A stretch of 48,066 bases of DNA, from IMG/VR virus record IMGVR_UViG_3300004369_000027, positions 1-48,066 of that record; one strand, given 5' to 3'. Under the pieces are notes generated by a model. The model searched no databases. It saw only the letters and a list, made by a program, of their open reading frames with translations, and was not told the origin of the DNA. The position numbers and the translations under genes were made by a program. Below are positions 45,714 through 48,066 of this stretch, piece after piece. This stretch comes from a virus (lineage: Duplodnaviria; Caudoviricetes). Numbering within the stretch: the first letter of the stretch is position 1; every line of letters begins with the position of its first letter.

Positions 45714-46266
45714 CTTCTTTTGGTTTAAGCGTATCATTGTAGTCTTGCAGTTTTTGAGTAGACCACCACTCATATTTAAAATCAGGTTCTATAGCTCTAA
45801 TCTCATCAAGTAGTTCTTGTCTATAACCTCGATCATAAAAATGAATGATAATGGCATCTTCTAGGTCACAAATGTCTTGTGGGGCAGCTATTGATACTCT
45901 TAAATCATAATGGTTCCACTTAATTTTGTAATCATAGATTGTAATACCTTTTGTAAGCTTCCTAAGTAGATTATGTAACCTGCGGTTTCTAACTCTAACA
46001 ATAGATTTGTCGCTACCAAATACATGCAAGAACCTTAAAAACCATCTAGGACACCACTTAGGCTTGGCTTTGTAGTCCATGGCTAAGATCAAAGGATAGA
46101 GTGCCTTAAAAACATCTCCATCATTTTCATAAGGTACAGATCCTAAGTAACCATAGGTTTCATGAAATTCTTTAGGAAAGAAGATATACCTAAAATCATC
46201 TAAGGTAATATCACGAGTATGAATTATACCCTTTTTTCTACCTTTCCAAAATAAAAGTGTTTTCAT
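45676..46266 (-). CDS. Hypothetical protein, 196 aa
   Basis: Coupled ORF; KPKWCPRWFLRFLH. Confidence 0.7.
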   Translation of the reverse strand: MKTLLFWKGRKKGIIHTRDITLDDFRYIFFPKEFHETYGYLGSVPYENDGDVFKALYPLILAMDYKAKPKWCPRWFLRFLHVFGSDKSIVRVRNRRLHNLLRKLTKGITIYDYKIKWNHYDLRVSIAAPQDICDLEDAIIIHFYDRGYRQELLDEIRAIEPDFKYEWWSTQKLQDYNDTLKPKEDEEENKTNGDSW

Positions 46267-46475
46267 TTCTCTTTGGTGTTAAAGGTTTTGTTAAAGTATT
46301 GTTCACCCGGTTGTTGATGGTCAGGCCCAATAACATCAATTTGATTACAAGCATCAATTATCTGCTCCTCAAACATTGCTTGGGCTTGTTTGAGCATAGC
46401 GTACCAAGTCAACTTATCTTTAGGTTCATCCCAAAGTTTTTGGAATAACCATTCTACTGCTGTTTGTTTGCTCAT
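46263..46475 (-). CDS. Small protein with KQTAVEWL N-terminus
   Basis: MSKQTAVEWL..QAQAMFEEQIIDA..EQYFNKTF, a pattern common in Bacteroidota phages. Confidence 0.75.
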   Translation of the reverse strand: MSKQTAVEWLFQKLWDEPKDKLTWYAMLKQAQAMFEEQIIDACNQIDVIGPDHQQPGEQYFNKTFNTKEK

Positions 46476-47139
46476 TGTTTTTGGTTTTAAAGGTTTCGTT
46501 GTAGTAATCTTCTAAATCAGCATAGAAATAATACGCTGTGTTACCATACGTTCTATCCACATCCTCACTTGATTTAAACGGGTTTGTAAGCTTGATCTTA
46601 GGCAAATCAGTTTTACTATAAGGAACTATAAAATCTGGATTATGCCATCTAAGCAGGTTATTAGGCTGGATACAGAAGTTACCATCTTCCAGTTTGATGA
46701 AGTGGTAACACTTACTATCCATCATCTGTGAGTAGCCCACATTAATCTCATTAGCATCTGTTTCATAGTCATCTATGGTAAATAAATATATACCTTTTCT
46801 CCACACTTTATCTCTACAAAACACATCAACTGATTTATGTTGTAAGAATTTGAAACAAGTAGTAGCTATTGCTGTTGATTGACAATCCCATGTTTGTAGT
46901 AATTGTAATCTTGTCTTCTCATCTTCAGATAAAATATCAAAATCCTCTTTATGGAAGAACGCTGATATAGGCATGTTCCAGAACATAGCTCCTATGCTAC
47001 TTTGGAAATGAAATAACATTGGATAATTTAGTTGAGATTTCACACCGAATAAATAACCATTTAAATGCTCTTTGTATCCAGTTATTTCTTTTCTAATCTT
47101 ACATTCTATGTAAGGAATGTTTGCATTTAATTGACTCAT
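46426..47139 (-). CDS. Hypothetical protein, 237 aa
   Basis: LNANIP, PISAF, LQTWDC, YLFTID, GNFCIQPNN; resembles an uncharacterised phage family. Confidence 0.75.
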   Translation of the reverse strand: MSQLNANIPYIECKIRKEITGYKEHLNGYLFGVKSQLNYPMLFHFQSSIGAMFWNMPISAFFHKEDFDILSEDEKTRLQLLQTWDCQSTAIATTCFKFLQHKSVDVFCRDKVWRKGIYLFTIDDYETDANEINVGYSQMMDSKCYHFIKLEDGNFCIQPNNLLRWHNPDFIVPYSKTDLPKIKLTNPFKSSEDVDRTYGNTAYYFYADLEDYYNETFKTKNNEQTNSSRMVIPKTLG

Positions 47140-47212
47140 ACTTTACTGGATATTTGTTATTAAAAATGTTAATTTTTTTGTTTCTAAAACTCATTGTCAG
47201 AATCATCTACAA

Positions 47213-47479
47213 CTATATAGTTAAATAAGGTAAAGCACTGATTTGATAAAATTTAGCTTTCTGTCCTGCTTTAAACAGTATTTTAGCAGCTACAGAAAAA
47301 TTCTGAGTAATATGTTCATCTCTATTCCATATTAACATTAGCTCTTTTTCATGTAGCTCACCAATTAGTTGAAAGGTTAAATAACCTTGTGTATCCCATA
47401 AGTCTTCAACTAAGAAAAAACCCATAGATTTAGTTATCTCTAAGATAACTTTTTTGTCATTAAATACTAATTCTTGCAT
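47213..47479 (-). CDS. Hypothetical protein, 88 aa
   Basis: ORF with an AT-rich leader. Confidence 0.6.
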   Translation of the reverse strand: MQELVFNDKKVILEITKSMGFFLVEDLWDTQGYLTFQLIGELHEKELMLIWNRDEHITQNFSVAAKILFKAGQKAKFYQISALPYLTI

Positions 47480-47498
47480 ATTTATAAAGTTAAAGAAT

Positions 47499-47529
47499 AA
47501 AAGATAAATAGGGGGATTTCTCCCCCTAT
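47499..47529 (-). terminator. Terminator-like hairpin downstream of the tRNA
   Basis: ataggggga/gaaa/tccccctat on the - strand followed by ttatctttt. Confidence 0.7.
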
Positions 47530-47581
47530 CTATTGTACCAAAAAATCTTGAGCTTTAGGTGACATCAAGAACCTTTAATTG

Positions 47582-47655
47582 TAGTCCCATCAGGATTCGA
47601 ACCTGAGACCTATAGATTAGAAATCTATTGCTCTATCCAGCTGAGCTATGGAACC
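47582..47655 (-). tRNA. trnR: tRNA-Arg (anticodon UCU), CCA not encoded
   Basis: GGTTCCA-TA-GCTC AGCTGGATA GAGC-A-ATAGA TTTCTAA TCTAT-AGGTC-TCAGG TTCGAAT CCTGA-TGGGACT-A folds as a cloverleaf. Confidence 0.93.
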
Positions 47656-47662
47656 TTATAAA

Positions 47663-48022
47663 TTATTTAAGGTCGCATTTGTGGTATTTAGGATAAAACA
47701 GATTAGATACCTTTTGCCAGTACTTTAATGTAGATTCTTTAAGATGACCATTAGGGCCACCATTCCACTTTCTAGCAATAATCTCTGGGTTGGTATAGTT
47801 CTTAATTTCTACCCATTTCTTAAATGCTTCAACAGATTTTTGTTTAGAGTACCTATCTTCTAAAGTAAACTCGATACCTATTCTGTTGAACTCTGCAACC
47901 ATAATAGGTCTAATTTGCAGTACACCTGCGGCTTGCTCTTTAGCATTAAAACTAAGAGGATTTCCGCCACTCTCTACAAAGATTATGGCAGAGATTAATT
48001 TTGCTAATACAAAAGCTTTCAT
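47663..48022 (-). CDS. Lysozyme-like / lytic transglycosylase protein
   Basis: IIFVESGG (catalytic Glu), AAGVLQI, IARKWNGGP, YWQKV. Confidence 0.8.
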   Translation of the reverse strand: MKAFVLAKLISAIIFVESGGNPLSFNAKEQAAGVLQIRPIMVAEFNRIGIEFTLEDRYSKQKSVEAFKKWVEIKNYTNPEIIARKWNGGPNGHLKESTLKYWQKVSNLFYPKYHKCDLK

Positions 48023-48066
48023 AGTTTACAGAGTTAAATGTTAGTTTAAAATTTATACCCTATCGG

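Noticed and set aside
31787-46448. Plus-strand ORFs at 31787, 35088, 38669, 45001, 45604 and 46257
   Set aside because: Antisense to well-supported - strand genes.
47099-47206. Possible ~35-codon - strand ORF
   Set aside because: Short, overlaps the next gene out of frame, no supporting features.
47617-47623. Amber suppressor tRNA (CUA visible in the loop)
   Set aside because: The 5-bp stem ATAGA/TCTAT defines loop TTTCTAA, placing TCT at positions 34-36.

Overview
AT-rich segment of a crAss-like (Crassvirales-type) bacteriophage genome, probably infecting a Bacteroidota host and using the standard bacterial code. The + strand (1-27166) carries very large putative virion-cargo/ejection genes: a 5'-truncated modular protein punctuated by about 20 xxGG motifs, a 924-aa protein, an NlpC/P60 + lysozyme ORF, a 4456-aa virion RNA polymerase (DFDID, HExxH) and a 1941-aa multidomain protein (ART-like, PD-(D/E)XK). 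The - strand (27182-48022) carries the replication and nucleotide-metabolism block (PolA, SF2 and DnaB-like helicases, primase, AAA ATPase, RusA, exonuclease, Ung, MazG, dNMP kinase) and tRNA-Arg(UCU). Main highlights: (1) a putative phage-encoded ubiquitin-like conjugation operon directly behind the primase (Ubl candidate with Gly76 plus a tail, E2-like, JAB/JAMM peptidase, E1/ThiF, orphan gene); (2) a canonical -1 frameshift signal (G GGA AAG + hairpin) that would fuse the 924-aa protein to the peptidoglycan hydrolase; (3) the xxGG-delimited putative polyprotein; (4) apparent avoidance of GGWCC and CpG; (5) a repeated TAnnTTTG-plus-hairpin intergenic layout. All family assignments come from motifs recognised by eye; no searches were run.
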